Positions 21,489 to 30,815 of a DNA stretch of 64,000 bases are shown here, piece by piece. Below the pieces are notes generated by a model that worked only from the letters and a program-made list of their open reading frames with translations, did not search any database and had not been told where the DNA came from. The position numbers and the translations under genes were made by a program. The first letter of the stretch is position 1. Each line of letters opens with the position of its first letter. This DNA comes from Sphingomonas sp. (GTDB lineage Bacteria; Pseudomonadota; Alphaproteobacteria; Sphingomonadales; Sphingomonadaceae): NCBI GenBank assembly GCA_017304655.1, contig JAFKLY010000009.1:117136-181135 (forward strand), read 5' to 3'.

Positions 21489-22397
21489 TCAGCCGGCGAC
21501 CGGCATCAGCCGCCGGTCGCCTGCGATCCGCATCATCGCGCGCTGCAGCTTCTCGAACGCGCGCACCTCGATCTGGCGGACCCGCTCGCGCGACACGCCA
21601 TAGACCTGGCTCAGCTCCTCAAGCGTCTTGGGCTCCTCGGCGAGGCGGCGCTCCTGCAGGATGTGCCGCTCGCGCTCGTTGAGGTCATCCATGGCCGCGA
21701 GCAGCATGTCGTGGCGCAGGCCGCTTTCCTGCGCATCCGCGATGCGCTCGTCCTGCAGCGGATTCTCGTCCGCCAGCCAGTCCTGCCACTGCCCTTCGCC
21801 ATCCTCGTTGACCGAGACGTTGAGCGACGTGTCGCCACCCATCGCCATGCGGCGGTTCATCGAGATGACGTCCTCTTCCGACACGCCGAGATCGGTCGCG
21901 ATCTTGGTGACGTCCTCGGGGCGCAGATCGCCGTCCTCGAAAGCCTCGATCTGGTTCTTCATGCGCCGCAGGTTGAAGAACAGCTTCTTCTGCGCGGCGG
22001 TGGTGCCGATCTTCACGAGGCTCCACGAGCGCAGGATAAACTCCTGGATCGAGGCGCGAATCCACCACATGGCATAGGTCGCGAGGCGGAAGCCGCGATC
22101 CGGCTCGAACTTTTTCACGCCCTGCATCAGGCCGATATTGCCTTCGCTGATCAGCTCCGCGACCGGGAGGCCATAGCCGCGATAGCCCATGGCGATCTTC
22201 GCCACGAGACGCAGGTGGCTGGTGACCAGCCGGGCCGCCGCCTCGGGATCGCCATGTTCCTGATAGCGCTTGGCGAGCATATATTCTTCCTCGGGCTTCA
22301 GCACCGGGAACTTGCGGATTTCCGACAGATAGCGGTTCAGACTGGCATCGCCGCCAAGCGCCGGAATCGTCGCGGGGACATTGCTACCATTGCTCAC
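21489..22397 (-). CDS. rpoH: RNA polymerase sigma-32 (heat shock sigma factor)
   Basis: RpoH box QKKLFFNLRRMKN, region 2 GNIGLMQGVKKFEP..FRLATYAMWWIRA and region 4 YGVSRERVRQIE. GTG at 22397 (VSNGSNVPA) is in frame. The track ORF extends artefactually to 22820 through the rluD 3-prime end. Confidence 0.9.
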   Translation of the reverse strand: MSNGSNVPATIPALGGDASLNRYLSEIRKFPVLKPEEEYMLAKRYQEHGDPEAAARLVTSHLRLVAKIAMGYRGYGLPVAELISEGNIGLMQGVKKFEPDRGFRLATYAMWWIRASIQEFILRSWSLVKIGTTAAQKKLFFNLRRMKNQIEAFEDGDLRPEDVTKIATDLGVSEEDVISMNRRMAMGGDTSLNVSVNEDGEGQWQDWLADENPLQDERIADAQESGLRHDMLLAAMDDLNERERHILQERRLAEEPKTLEELSQVYGVSRERVRQIEVRAFEKLQRAMMRIAGDRRLMPVAG

Positions 22398-22464
22398 GAA
22401 ATTTGGCCTTTCCCAGAACACGATCGCGGGAGGGGACCGCGTCGCGTCGACTCTGTTTGATTTG

Positions 22465-23418
22465 TTATACGCAAAGATGACTGAACAGTTGCTGCATGTC
22501 ATCCGCAATCGGGCTTTCAAAGCTGAGAGCCTGGCTTGTGACGGGATGGATGAAACCCAGCTTTGCCGCGTGGAGCGCTTGCCGACGGAACCCCAGCTCC
22601 GCCAGCAAGGATTTGTGAGGACCGCCGCGCCCGTAGACGGGATCGCCGAGCAGCGGATGGCCGATATGCGCCATGTGGACGCGCACCTGATGCGTCCGCC
22701 CGGTTTCGAGGCGACACTCGACGAGCGCGGCGCGATCAAGCGGCTGGAGCGTGCGATAGTGGGTGACGGCATGTTTGCCGCGCCCCTCGCGCTGGACAGC
22801 CATTTTCTTGCGGTCTGCATCGGACCGGCCGATCCACTGGTTCACAGTGCCGGACGGGGGCGCGGGACGCCCACTCACGATGGCAAGATAGCGCCGGTCT
22901 ATGCTGTGATCCTTGAACTGCCGGGCGAGGCCCTCATGCGCCTGATCGGTCTTGGCGACCACCAGCAGACCCGAGGTGTCCTTGTCGATCCGGTGGACGA
23001 TGCCGGGTCGGGCGACCCCGCCAATGCCGGAAAGCTGCCCGGCACAATGATGCAGCAGCGCATTGACCAGCGTCCCGTCCGGATTGCCGGCGGCCGGATG
23101 CACCACCATGCCCGGCGCCTTGTCGATGACGATGAGATGATCGTCCTCATAGGGAATGACGAGATCGATGTGCTGCGCCACCGCTTCCGCCGGCGCCGCT
23201 TGCGGGATGGAGAGCGCGAAGGCGGACTGGGCCGAGACCTTGAGCGCGGGATCGTTCGCCGGCTTGCCGCCCGGCCCCAGCACATGGCCGGCCAGAATGA
23301 GCGCCTTCACCCGCTCGCGCGACAGCTCCGGCACCAGCGCCGCAAGGGCACGATCCAGCCGCACGCCGTGAAGCTCCGGCGTGATCTCCGCTGAAATACT
23401 GGCAGCCCCCGCAGTCAT
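22465..23418 (-). CDS. rluD: 23S rRNA pseudouridine synthase RluD
   Basis: S4 domain RLDRALAALVPELSRERVK and catalytic HRIDKDTSGLLVVA. Confidence 0.9.
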   Translation of the reverse strand: MTAGAASISAEITPELHGVRLDRALAALVPELSRERVKALILAGHVLGPGGKPANDPALKVSAQSAFALSIPQAAPAEAVAQHIDLVIPYEDDHLIVIDKAPGMVVHPAAGNPDGTLVNALLHHCAGQLSGIGGVARPGIVHRIDKDTSGLLVVAKTDQAHEGLARQFKDHSIDRRYLAIVSGRPAPPSGTVNQWIGRSDADRKKMAVQREGRGKHAVTHYRTLQPLDRAALVECRLETGRTHQVRVHMAHIGHPLLGDPVYGRGGPHKSLLAELGFRRQALHAAKLGFIHPVTSQALSFESPIADDMQQLFSHLCV

Positions 23419-23434
23419 TGCCTACAATTTGGGA

Positions 23435-23887
23435 ATGGTCCTGCACATTTCAACCGCGCTCACAGACGCAATCCGGGCGCAAGCGCGCGCGGCCGGGGCA
23501 CAGGAATGCTGTGGCTTGCTGCTCGGCGACGCGGCGACCGACACGGCCCTGCATCTGCTGCCCTGCGCCAATGTCGCGGCCGATCCGCTGCATCGCTTCG
23601 AGATTGACCCCGCCATGCTGCTCGCCGCGCACAAGGCGGCACGCGCAGGCGGCCCTGCCATCATCGGCCATTACCACTCCCATCCCACGGGCGAACCCGC
23701 CCCCTCCTCCGTTGACGCCGCCATGGCGCAGGGCACAGGCGAACTCTGGCTGATCGTGGGCCGCGACGGGACGCTGGCAGCGTGGCGCGCCAGCCCGACC
23801 GGTCGGCTGCACGGTCGCTTCGATCCCGTTGAAATGACCGCTTCGCCGCATCCCGATCTTGCGCCCATTGCCACGCAGGGGCATTAG
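23435..23887 (+). CDS. JAMM/MPN+ (Mov34) metallopeptidase-family protein
   Basis: ECCGLLLG and HYHSHPTGEPAPSSVD (the HxHx7Sx2D JAMM motif). ATG at 23435. Confidence 0.8.
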   Translation: MVLHISTALTDAIRAQARAAGAQECCGLLLGDAATDTALHLLPCANVAADPLHRFEIDPAMLLAAHKAARAGGPAIIGHYHSHPTGEPAPSSVDAAMAQGTGELWLIVGRDGTLAAWRASPTGRLHGRFDPVEMTASPHPDLAPIATQGH

Positions 23888-23923
23888 GGCGCCCATCCCG
23901 ACCGAAGAGAGGATGCCCCCATT

Positions 23924-24571
23924 TTGGCACAGCCCCACACGCCCGATCCCATTGATTTCGCAAGCCTGCTTTGTTCGCGCCTGTGCCATGACCTGCTCAG
24001 CCCGGTCGGCGCACTCAACAACGGCATCGAGCTTCTGGCCGACGAGACCGACCCGCAGATGCGCGAGCAATGCATGGGCCTGCTGGGCGACAGCGCCCGC
24101 ACCACGGCGGGCAAGCTCAAGTTCTTCCGCCTCGCCTTCGGCGCGGCCGGGGGTTACGGCGAAGCGATCCCGCTTCATGAAATCCGCTCCGCTACCGAGG
24201 GGATGTTCCCGCCCGGCGGCAAGCTGGCGCTGAGCTGGATGATCGACGGGGACAGCCTCGCCAAGCCTGCCGCCAAGCTGCTGCTCAATCTGGTGCTGAT
24301 TGCCGGCGAGGCGCTGCCGCGCGGCGGCACGCTCGCCATCGGCGCGGAGCAGCGCGGCAGCGTGACGGAGATTGTCGTGCGCGGCGAAGGCGCGCGGATC
24401 ACGTTCGATCCTGCGATCCGTGCGGCGATCTCCGGTGAGGGCGAGGTCACGACCCGTACCGCGGCCGCTTACATGATCCACACACTCGCCGCTCAATCCG
24501 GCGGTCAGATCATGATCTCCCCGCCCGAGGATCCATTCCTCATGTTCGGCGCGAGCCTGCCGAACCGCTGA
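23924..24571 (+). CDS. chpT: histidine phosphotransferase ChpT
   Basis: H-box LCSRLCHDLLSPVGALNNGIELL, SARTTAGKLKFFRLAFG and a degenerate ATPase-like C-terminal half, as in Caulobacter ChpT. Confidence 0.85.
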   Translation: MAQPHTPDPIDFASLLCSRLCHDLLSPVGALNNGIELLADETDPQMREQCMGLLGDSARTTAGKLKFFRLAFGAAGGYGEAIPLHEIRSATEGMFPPGGKLALSWMIDGDSLAKPAAKLLLNLVLIAGEALPRGGTLAIGAEQRGSVTEIVVRGEGARITFDPAIRAAISGEGEVTTRTAAAYMIHTLAAQSGGQIMISPPEDPFLMFGASLPNR

Positions 24572-24683
24572 GCCATCCGGCCCAGGACGGGAGCGATCCC
24601 GTCTTGGGCGCTATTCCCGTCACTTAACCCCGATTTAAGCACTCTCGGCCCAATTGGAGGCTCCTGTCATCGGGGCTGGCCGC

Positions 24684-27119
24684 ATGGACGAAATTTTCGG
24701 GGAGTTCATCGCAGAGACGCTGGAAACGCTGGAGACGCTCTCCGGCGAGGTGGTCGCGTGGGAAGCGGACCCCACGGACAGCTCGCGTCTCGATGCCTTC
24801 TTCCGCTTCTTCCACACGGTGAAGGGCAGCTGCGGTTTCCTGAATCTACCGAGATTTGAAAGGCTTGCTCATAGCGCCGAGGATGTGCTTGCCGCCGTTC
24901 GACGCGGTGAGCGTGCTGCCGATCCGGCAACGGTCAGCGCGGTGCTCGCGGTCATGGACCGCATTGGCGCGCTCGCGCGCGGGGTCGGCGAAGAAGAACA
25001 AATTCCCGAATCGGAAGACGACGCTCTGCTCGACGCACTCGCGAGCGGCGCTGGCCAGATCGAGTCTGCTGCGGCAACGCCTGCCGTCGCCGTGCCCGCG
25101 CCTGCAGCGAAGAAAGAGCCCGCTCGCAGCAACGACGAGGACGAGATCAGGCTGGAGGCAGCCTCCAGCGACGCGGTCGTGCGCAAGGCCGCCCCACGCA
25201 CGATCCGTCTGCCGCTCGCCCTGATCGATCAGCTCATGAACGGCATTTCCGACATGGTGCTCGCTCGCAACGACCTGGCGCGCAAGATGCGCGACCATGG
25301 GGTCGAGCCGGACCTGGAAAGCAGCTTCGAGCGCCTGTCGGCCAATGTGGCCGATCTGCGCGACATGATCAGCAAGACCCGGATGCAGCGGGTCGACCGG
25401 CTCTATGCCGCGATCCCCCGCATGGTGCGCGATCTCACGCGCGACCTCGGCAAGAAAGTGACGCTGGAACTCGACGGCGGCGATGTCGAGATGGATCGCG
25501 AGATGATCGAGATGGTCGTCGATCCACTCACCCATATCGTGCGCAATGCTCTCGACCACGGGCTTGAGACGCCGGCTGACCGGATCGCGGCGGGTAAGGC
25601 GGAGGCGGGCACACTGCGCGTCGTCGCGCGCCAGTCGGGCAATCAGATCGTCATCGAGATCAGCGACGATGGGCGCGGCATCAATCGCATGGCCCTGGTC
25701 GACAAGGCCATCGCCGCGGGGTTGCTCAGTCCGATGGACGCAGCCGCGCTGACCGATGCCGAAAAGCTCAACCTCATTTTCCACGCCGGCCTTTCGACCG
25801 CGGCGCGTGTCACATCCATTTCCGGTCGCGGCGTCGGCATGGACGTTGTGCGGGCCAATATCGAGCAGATCGGCGGCGTCATCGGCGTCTCCAGCGGACA
25901 GGGTCAGGGCACGACGATCACCATGCGCGTGCCGCTGACGCTCACGATCATTCCGGGCCTGATCGTGCGGTGCGACGAGCTGTTCTTCGCCATGCCGCGC
26001 GGCAATGTCATCGAGCTGCTGCACCAGAACAGCGCGATGGTCTCGATCGAAGACATTGGCGGCGCGCGCATCGCCACCATTCGCGGCGAGCGCTACTCGA
26101 TGATCGAGCTGGAGGATGTCCTTCAGGTACCGCGCGCTACCAGACATCAGGGCCCGCGCACGCTCATGGTTATCCGATCCTCGACCGGCCAGCCTTATGT
26201 GCTTGCGGTGGAAGCGGTGGAAAGCAACGAGGAACTGGTGATCAGACCCGCCTCGCCGGCGATCACAGCTGCCGGAGCCTTTGCAGGCATGACCTTGCCG
26301 GACAATGGTCAGCCAATGCTGCTTCTCGACGCAGCGGGTCTCGCCCAGATTGCCGAGTTGCCCCTGCGCGAAGGCGAGCGAGCGCGGCCTGCCGCCGCAA
26401 ATGGCGAGAGCAGCGCGCGCGCCAGCACCATCCAGGCCCTCATCTATCGCGAGCGCGACGGGACGCAGCGCCTGCTGCCGCTCGCCGTGGTCGACCGGGT
26501 CGAGGACTTGGACGCGGCACAGATCACCGCCAGCAATGGCCTGCCGTTCGTCCGTATCGACGACCGACTGCTGCCTGCGCTCAACACGGACGGGCGCGAG
26601 ACCGGCGACGTCAAGTCGCTGCGGCTGCACGACGGGCACGAGCAGATCTGCTATCTGATCGACGATGTGATCGACATCATCGAAGTGCCGGCCAAGGTCG
26701 ACGTCCGCATTGCCAAGGGGCGCCTCGCCGGCCTTGTCATGGTGGGCGAGACCCAGTTCGAAATGCTCGACCCCTTCGCGCTGTTTGCCGAAGCCGCGCA
26801 CCGCCAGTTGGATCCGGCCAGCCCGGACCGACCGGTCCAGTGCCTCATCGCCGATGCCGACGACCCATGGATGCGCAACATCCTCGCTCCTTTGCTGATC
26901 CAGGCCGGTCATGACGTGAGCTTCGGTCTTGGCGACGACGGAGAAGCGGACGTGATCCTCTGCAACGAGGCTCAGCCGATCTGCGCCACCGCCGACGTGC
27001 CGGTGCTGGCCCTGCGCGAGACTGCCGAGGCTGGCGCAGGCGATGCCGGATCGATCTACCGTTATGATCGCGACGGGCTGATGGCCGCGATCGCCCAGGC
27101 TGCGCGGAGAGCCGCATGA
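24684..27119 (+). CDS. cheA: chemotaxis histidine kinase CheA with two CheW-like domains and a degenerate C-terminal receiver
   Basis: Hpt FFRFFHTVKGSCGFL; HATPase blocks IVRNALDHGLE, DDGRGI and GRGVGMDVV. Two CheW-like segments are followed by the REC-like LIADADDPW...ADVILCNE. Confidence 0.9.
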   Translation: MDEIFGEFIAETLETLETLSGEVVAWEADPTDSSRLDAFFRFFHTVKGSCGFLNLPRFERLAHSAEDVLAAVRRGERAADPATVSAVLAVMDRIGALARGVGEEEQIPESEDDALLDALASGAGQIESAAATPAVAVPAPAAKKEPARSNDEDEIRLEAASSDAVVRKAAPRTIRLPLALIDQLMNGISDMVLARNDLARKMRDHGVEPDLESSFERLSANVADLRDMISKTRMQRVDRLYAAIPRMVRDLTRDLGKKVTLELDGGDVEMDREMIEMVVDPLTHIVRNALDHGLETPADRIAAGKAEAGTLRVVARQSGNQIVIEISDDGRGINRMALVDKAIAAGLLSPMDAAALTDAEKLNLIFHAGLSTAARVTSISGRGVGMDVVRANIEQIGGVIGVSSGQGQGTTITMRVPLTLTIIPGLIVRCDELFFAMPRGNVIELLHQNSAMVSIEDIGGARIATIRGERYSMIELEDVLQVPRATRHQGPRTLMVIRSSTGQPYVLAVEAVESNEELVIRPASPAITAAGAFAGMTLPDNGQPMLLLDAAGLAQIAELPLREGERARPAAANGESSARASTIQALIYRERDGTQRLLPLAVVDRVEDLDAAQITASNGLPFVRIDDRLLPALNTDGRETGDVKSLRLHDGHEQICYLIDDVIDIIEVPAKVDVRIAKGRLAGLVMVGETQFEMLDPFALFAEAAHRQLDPASPDRPVQCLIADADDPWMRNILAPLLIQAGHDVSFGLGDDGEADVILCNEAQPICATADVPVLALRETAEAGAGDAGSIYRYDRDGLMAAIAQAARRAA

Positions 27120-27559
27120 CCGACAATCTCTTCCTGTTCGCGTCGATCGCCGGATCGCCGATCGCCATAAGGGCCTCCGAGATCGAAGCCGTGGTGCGCC
27201 TGGGCGACGTCGTGCCGATTCCCCTCGCCCCGCCACATGTGCGCGGCCTTGCTGCATTGCGCAGCCGGGTTCTCACCATCATCGATATGCAGGCCCGCGT
27301 GTTCGGCCCGGAGAGCGGCGGCCGGCCGGCAGGTCTGGCCGTGATCGCGGATATTGCCGCGCACAGCTATGGCTTCCTTGTGGACAGCGTGAGCGACATC
27401 TGCGACGCGCCCGAGGGCATCCGCCCGATCCGCGGCCGCATCGCGCCGGATTGGGTCAATTTCGTCTCGGGCCTGGTCGAACAGGACGGTCGCAGCCACC
27501 TGCTCCTCACCCTCAGCGACTTCGTCTCGGCACCGGGCGGCAACGCCCTGGCCGCCTGA
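27116..27559 (+). CDS. cheW: chemotaxis coupling protein CheW
   Basis: CheW-like domain with ATGA overlap with cheA. Confidence 0.88.
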   Translation: MTDNLFLFASIAGSPIAIRASEIEAVVRLGDVVPIPLAPPHVRGLAALRSRVLTIIDMQARVFGPESGGRPAGLAVIADIAAHSYGFLVDSVSDICDAPEGIRPIRGRIAPDWVNFVSGLVEQDGRSHLLLTLSDFVSAPGGNALAA

Positions 27560-27629
27560 GCATTTACGGAAACATTACAGAGTGGCTGTAGGTTCGCCTG
27601 AAATAGAAGTGCCGCGAGGGTTGCCCGCC

Positions 27630-27995
27630 ATGCCGAACTGTCTCGTCGTCGATGATTCGAAGGTGATCCGAAAGGTCGCCCGCCATATTCTCGAATCGCT
27701 CAATCTTCATGTCGATGAGGCGGAAGATGGACGCGCGGCGCTCGAAATGTGCGAAACCCAGCTGCCCGACGTGGTCCTGCTCGACTGGAACATGCCGATC
27801 ATGAGCGGGCTGGATTTCCTCAAGGAACTCTCGCGCCGCAATCTGCCCCGCCTGCCCAAGGTCATCTTCTGCACCACCGAGAATGGCGTCGATCATATTC
27901 GCGCCGCCGTGGATGCCGGCGCGGACGAATATGTGATGAAGCCATTCGACCGGGACACGCTGGAAAGCAAATTGCAGATCGTCGGCGTGCTCTGA
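27630..27995 (+). CDS. cheY: single-domain response regulator CheY
   Basis: CLVVDDS, VLLDWNMP (phospho-Asp), FCTTE and MKPF. Confidence 0.9.
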   Translation: MPNCLVVDDSKVIRKVARHILESLNLHVDEAEDGRAALEMCETQLPDVVLLDWNMPIMSGLDFLKELSRRNLPRLPKVIFCTTENGVDHIRAAVDAGADEYVMKPFDRDTLESKLQIVGVL

Positions 27996-28013
27996 TCGGG
28001 GCAGTCAACGCTC

Positions 28014-29102
28014 ATGGCCAGCGCTCCCGTCGACCCCCCGGAAGGCTTCGCTCCTCCCAGACGCCCCATCGACGTGCTGATCGTCGACGACTCTGTCGTC
28101 GTGCGACGCATCATGGCCAAAGTGCTGGCGGCAGATAAGCGGTTTACCGTCACCGGCGCGGTCTCCAGCGGGGATCAAGCCATCGAATTCGTCCGCACCC
28201 AGCCTGTCGATCTGGTCCTGCTCGACATGCAGATGCCCGGCCTCGACGGGTTGCAGGTGCTGCCTCATCTGCTCGCATCGGAGCGCAGACCCCAGGTCGT
28301 CCTCCTCTCCGGCGCCTGTCGCGAAGGCAGCGAGATCGCGCTGCAGGCACTCGCCATCGGCGCCAGCGACGTCGTCGCCAAACCCAGCGCCGGCCATTTC
28401 AGTGACCAGTTCGTCGAGCATCTGCTCGATCGTCTGATTCATCTCGTCCCCGCCGCAGAGCGCAGCCGCACGCCCGAGCGCGTTGACCAGGCCAGCGCGC
28501 GACTGCGACCGGCCGGAACGCTGGTTCGCGCGGTCGGCATTGGCGGGTCGACCGGCGGCATCAGTGCCATGATCACGCTGATCACCGGCCTTGAACAGGT
28601 GACCGGCCTCCCGATTTTCATCACCCAGCATCTCCCCGCCAATTTCCAGGCGCTGTTCGCCGAGCAGCTCCGGCGTGCGACGCACCTGCCGGTCGCGATC
28701 GCCGAGGATGGCATGCCCGTGCGACCGGGCACTATCCACGTGGCGCCGGGCAGGGCCCATCTCTCGCTCGGCAAGACGGCGCGCGGGCAAGTCGTGATCC
28801 GCCTTTCCAACGAGCGCTGCCTGCATGGCAGCTTCCCGGCAGTCGACCCGATGTTCATGGCGCTCGCGCGTGTCTATGGGGCCGGCGCCTGTGGCGTCAT
28901 CCTCTCTGGCATGGGGCGCGACGGCCTGGCCGGGGCCCATGCCATCGTGGAAGCAGGGGGCTGGGTCATCGCGCAGGATCACGAGAGCAGCGCCGTCTGG
29001 GGCATGCCGGGGTCGGTCGCCAAGGCCGGCCTCGCCAGTGCCATCCTGCCGCCGGCGTCGATCGCCGGGCTGATCCTCGAGCAGAGGCGGGCTGTGGCAT
29101 GA
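28014..29102 (+). CDS. cheB: protein-glutamate methylesterase CheB
   Basis: REC VLIVDDS..VLLDMQMP plus methylesterase VGIGGSTGG and MGRDG. Confidence 0.9.
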   Translation: MASAPVDPPEGFAPPRRPIDVLIVDDSVVVRRIMAKVLAADKRFTVTGAVSSGDQAIEFVRTQPVDLVLLDMQMPGLDGLQVLPHLLASERRPQVVLLSGACREGSEIALQALAIGASDVVAKPSAGHFSDQFVEHLLDRLIHLVPAAERSRTPERVDQASARLRPAGTLVRAVGIGGSTGGISAMITLITGLEQVTGLPIFITQHLPANFQALFAEQLRRATHLPVAIAEDGMPVRPGTIHVAPGRAHLSLGKTARGQVVIRLSNERCLHGSFPAVDPMFMALARVYGAGACGVILSGMGRDGLAGAHAIVEAGGWVIAQDHESSAVWGMPGSVAKAGLASAILPPASIAGLILEQRRAVA

Positions 29103-29959
29103 TGATGGCGCCGCCTTCCCGCGCGATCCAGCGCCTGGGCGATCTGCTGGCGCACCACACCGGTCAGACCCTGTCCGAAAGTCGCCGCTGGCGTATCGAA
29201 ACATCGCTACGCCCCCTGATGCGCGAGCGGGGCCTCGTGTCGCTCGATGGCCTCGTCGCCGCAATCGAGCGCGATCCCGGCGGCACGCTGATGACCGAGA
29301 CGATCGACGCGATGCTGAATCACGAGAGCTCGTTCTACCGCGATTTTGCCGTGTTCAAGGCCATCGAGCAGACGGCACTTCCACGCCTGCAGGCGCAAGC
29401 CCGAGACAAGACGCTGCGCATCTGGTGCGCGGGCTGTTCGACGGGGCAGGAAGCCTATTCGCTGGCGATGATGCTCAAGCGCATGAAGCCGGCATGGGAT
29501 GGCTGGCGCGTCACCATCGTCGCGACGGACGTTTCCGAGCTCGCCATCGAAAAGGCCCGGCGCGGCCGTTATCCGCAGATGGACATGCAGCGCGGCCTCC
29601 AGATCAACGATCTGCTGCGCTGGTTCCGACCGGCCGGGGACGACTGGCAAATCGCCGACGAAATCCGGGACATGATCAGCTTCCAGACCGACAATATCCT
29701 TGAGCCGCGCAAGGTTTCGGGCGTGTTCGATCTGATCCTGTGCCGCAACATGCTCTTCTACTTTCCCGAGGACATGCGCCGGAAAGCCTGCGACACGCTG
29801 GCTCGTCACGCCCGGCCGGGTACCTATCTGGTGCTGGGCGCCGGCGAGATGCTGGCCGGCGGCAACAGCCCCTTCGCCAATTGCCGGGAATTGAGCTGCA
29901 TCTATGTGGCTGACAAACCGGCCACACTGCCGACCGTCATCGGCCGTCCGGCCCACTGA
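29099..29959 (+). CDS. cheR: chemotaxis protein methyltransferase CheR
   Basis: LRIWCAGCSTGQEAYSLAM, and FDLILCRNMLFYF. Confidence 0.9.
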   Translation: MMMAPPSRAIQRLGDLLAHHTGQTLSESRRWRIETSLRPLMRERGLVSLDGLVAAIERDPGGTLMTETIDAMLNHESSFYRDFAVFKAIEQTALPRLQAQARDKTLRIWCAGCSTGQEAYSLAMMLKRMKPAWDGWRVTIVATDVSELAIEKARRGRYPQMDMQRGLQINDLLRWFRPAGDDWQIADEIRDMISFQTDNILEPRKVSGVFDLILCRNMLFYFPEDMRRKACDTLARHARPGTYLVLGAGEMLAGGNSPFANCRELSCIYVADKPATLPTVIGRPAH

Positions 29960-30039
29960 CGACTCCGCTTCCGCCGCGCTCGCCGATCGGCTAGGGACGA
30001 TGGCGTCACCCGGCACCAGGAAGAGGCCACAGGCACAGC

Positions 30040-30723
30040 ATGATCGAGACGCCGTCACCCAATTTTGATGAGCGCTCGCTGCCGATCTCCGTTCTTGTGC
30101 TGCATTATACCGGCATGCCCGACGCGCCGAGCGCCATCAATTGGCTCGCCAATCCGGAAAGCAAGGTCTCCGCCCATTATGTCGTGACCGAGGATGGCAA
30201 TGTCGTCCGCATGGTCGAGGAAGAGAAGCGCGCATGGCACGCCGGGCGCTCCCGGTGGCGCGGTATCACCGATATCAATTCCGCGAGCATCGGCATCGAG
30301 ATCGTCAATCCCGGCCATGAATGGGGCTATCGCCCGTTCCCGGATGCGCAGATCGACGCGCTGATCCCGCTCGTCCACGACATCATCCAGCGCCGGCGCA
30401 TCACCCGCGGCAATGTGGTGGGACACAGCGACATTGCGCCTGCCCGCAAGCAGGATCCGGGCGAGCTGTTCCCGTGGCACAAGCTCGCCCGCCTGCGCCT
30501 GGCCCTGCCGCGCCCGACCAAGAACCTCATGGACCCGCACTGGACGGACAGCGGCTTCATGCTCGCGCTGGAGCGGTTCGGCTATGACATCAGCGACGCC
30601 CAGGCCGCCGTCGTCGCGTTCCAGCGGCGCTTCCGGCCCGAACTGATCGACGGCGTGATCGACGGTGAGTGCCGCGCCATCCTGCTCGCGCTGCTGCTGC
30701 CCCGCCCGCGCGGAGACGACTGA
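30040..30723 (+). CDS. N-acetylmuramoyl-L-alanine amidase (AmpD-like) with C-terminal peptidoglycan-binding-like domain
   Basis: LVLHYTGM, SAHYVV, AWHAG, SIGIEIVN and VGHSDIAPARKQDPG. Confidence 0.85.
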   Translation: MIETPSPNFDERSLPISVLVLHYTGMPDAPSAINWLANPESKVSAHYVVTEDGNVVRMVEEEKRAWHAGRSRWRGITDINSASIGIEIVNPGHEWGYRPFPDAQIDALIPLVHDIIQRRRITRGNVVGHSDIAPARKQDPGELFPWHKLARLRLALPRPTKNLMDPHWTDSGFMLALERFGYDISDAQAAVVAFQRRFRPELIDGVIDGECRAILLALLLPRPRGDD

Positions 30724-30815
30724 GCCGCGCCGAGCGATACGACATTTTCCCCCTGGCGGTTCGAGCGGTTTCCGCTTCTATCCGCTTGTCGGGATCAACA
30801 GGCGGGAGGCACGTG

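Noticed and set aside
22398-22820. N-terminal 141-codon extension of the rpoH reading frame into rluD
   Set aside because: The extension overlaps the 3-prime end of rluD in another frame and has no sigma-factor similarity. The in-frame GTG at 22397 gives a 302-aa RpoH of normal length, preceded by GGAAAGG.
24846-27257. 803-aa minus-strand ORF
   Set aside because: It is fully antisense to cheA/cheW, which carry unambiguous Hpt, HATPase and CheW motifs. The translation is Arg/Gly-rich and low-complexity.
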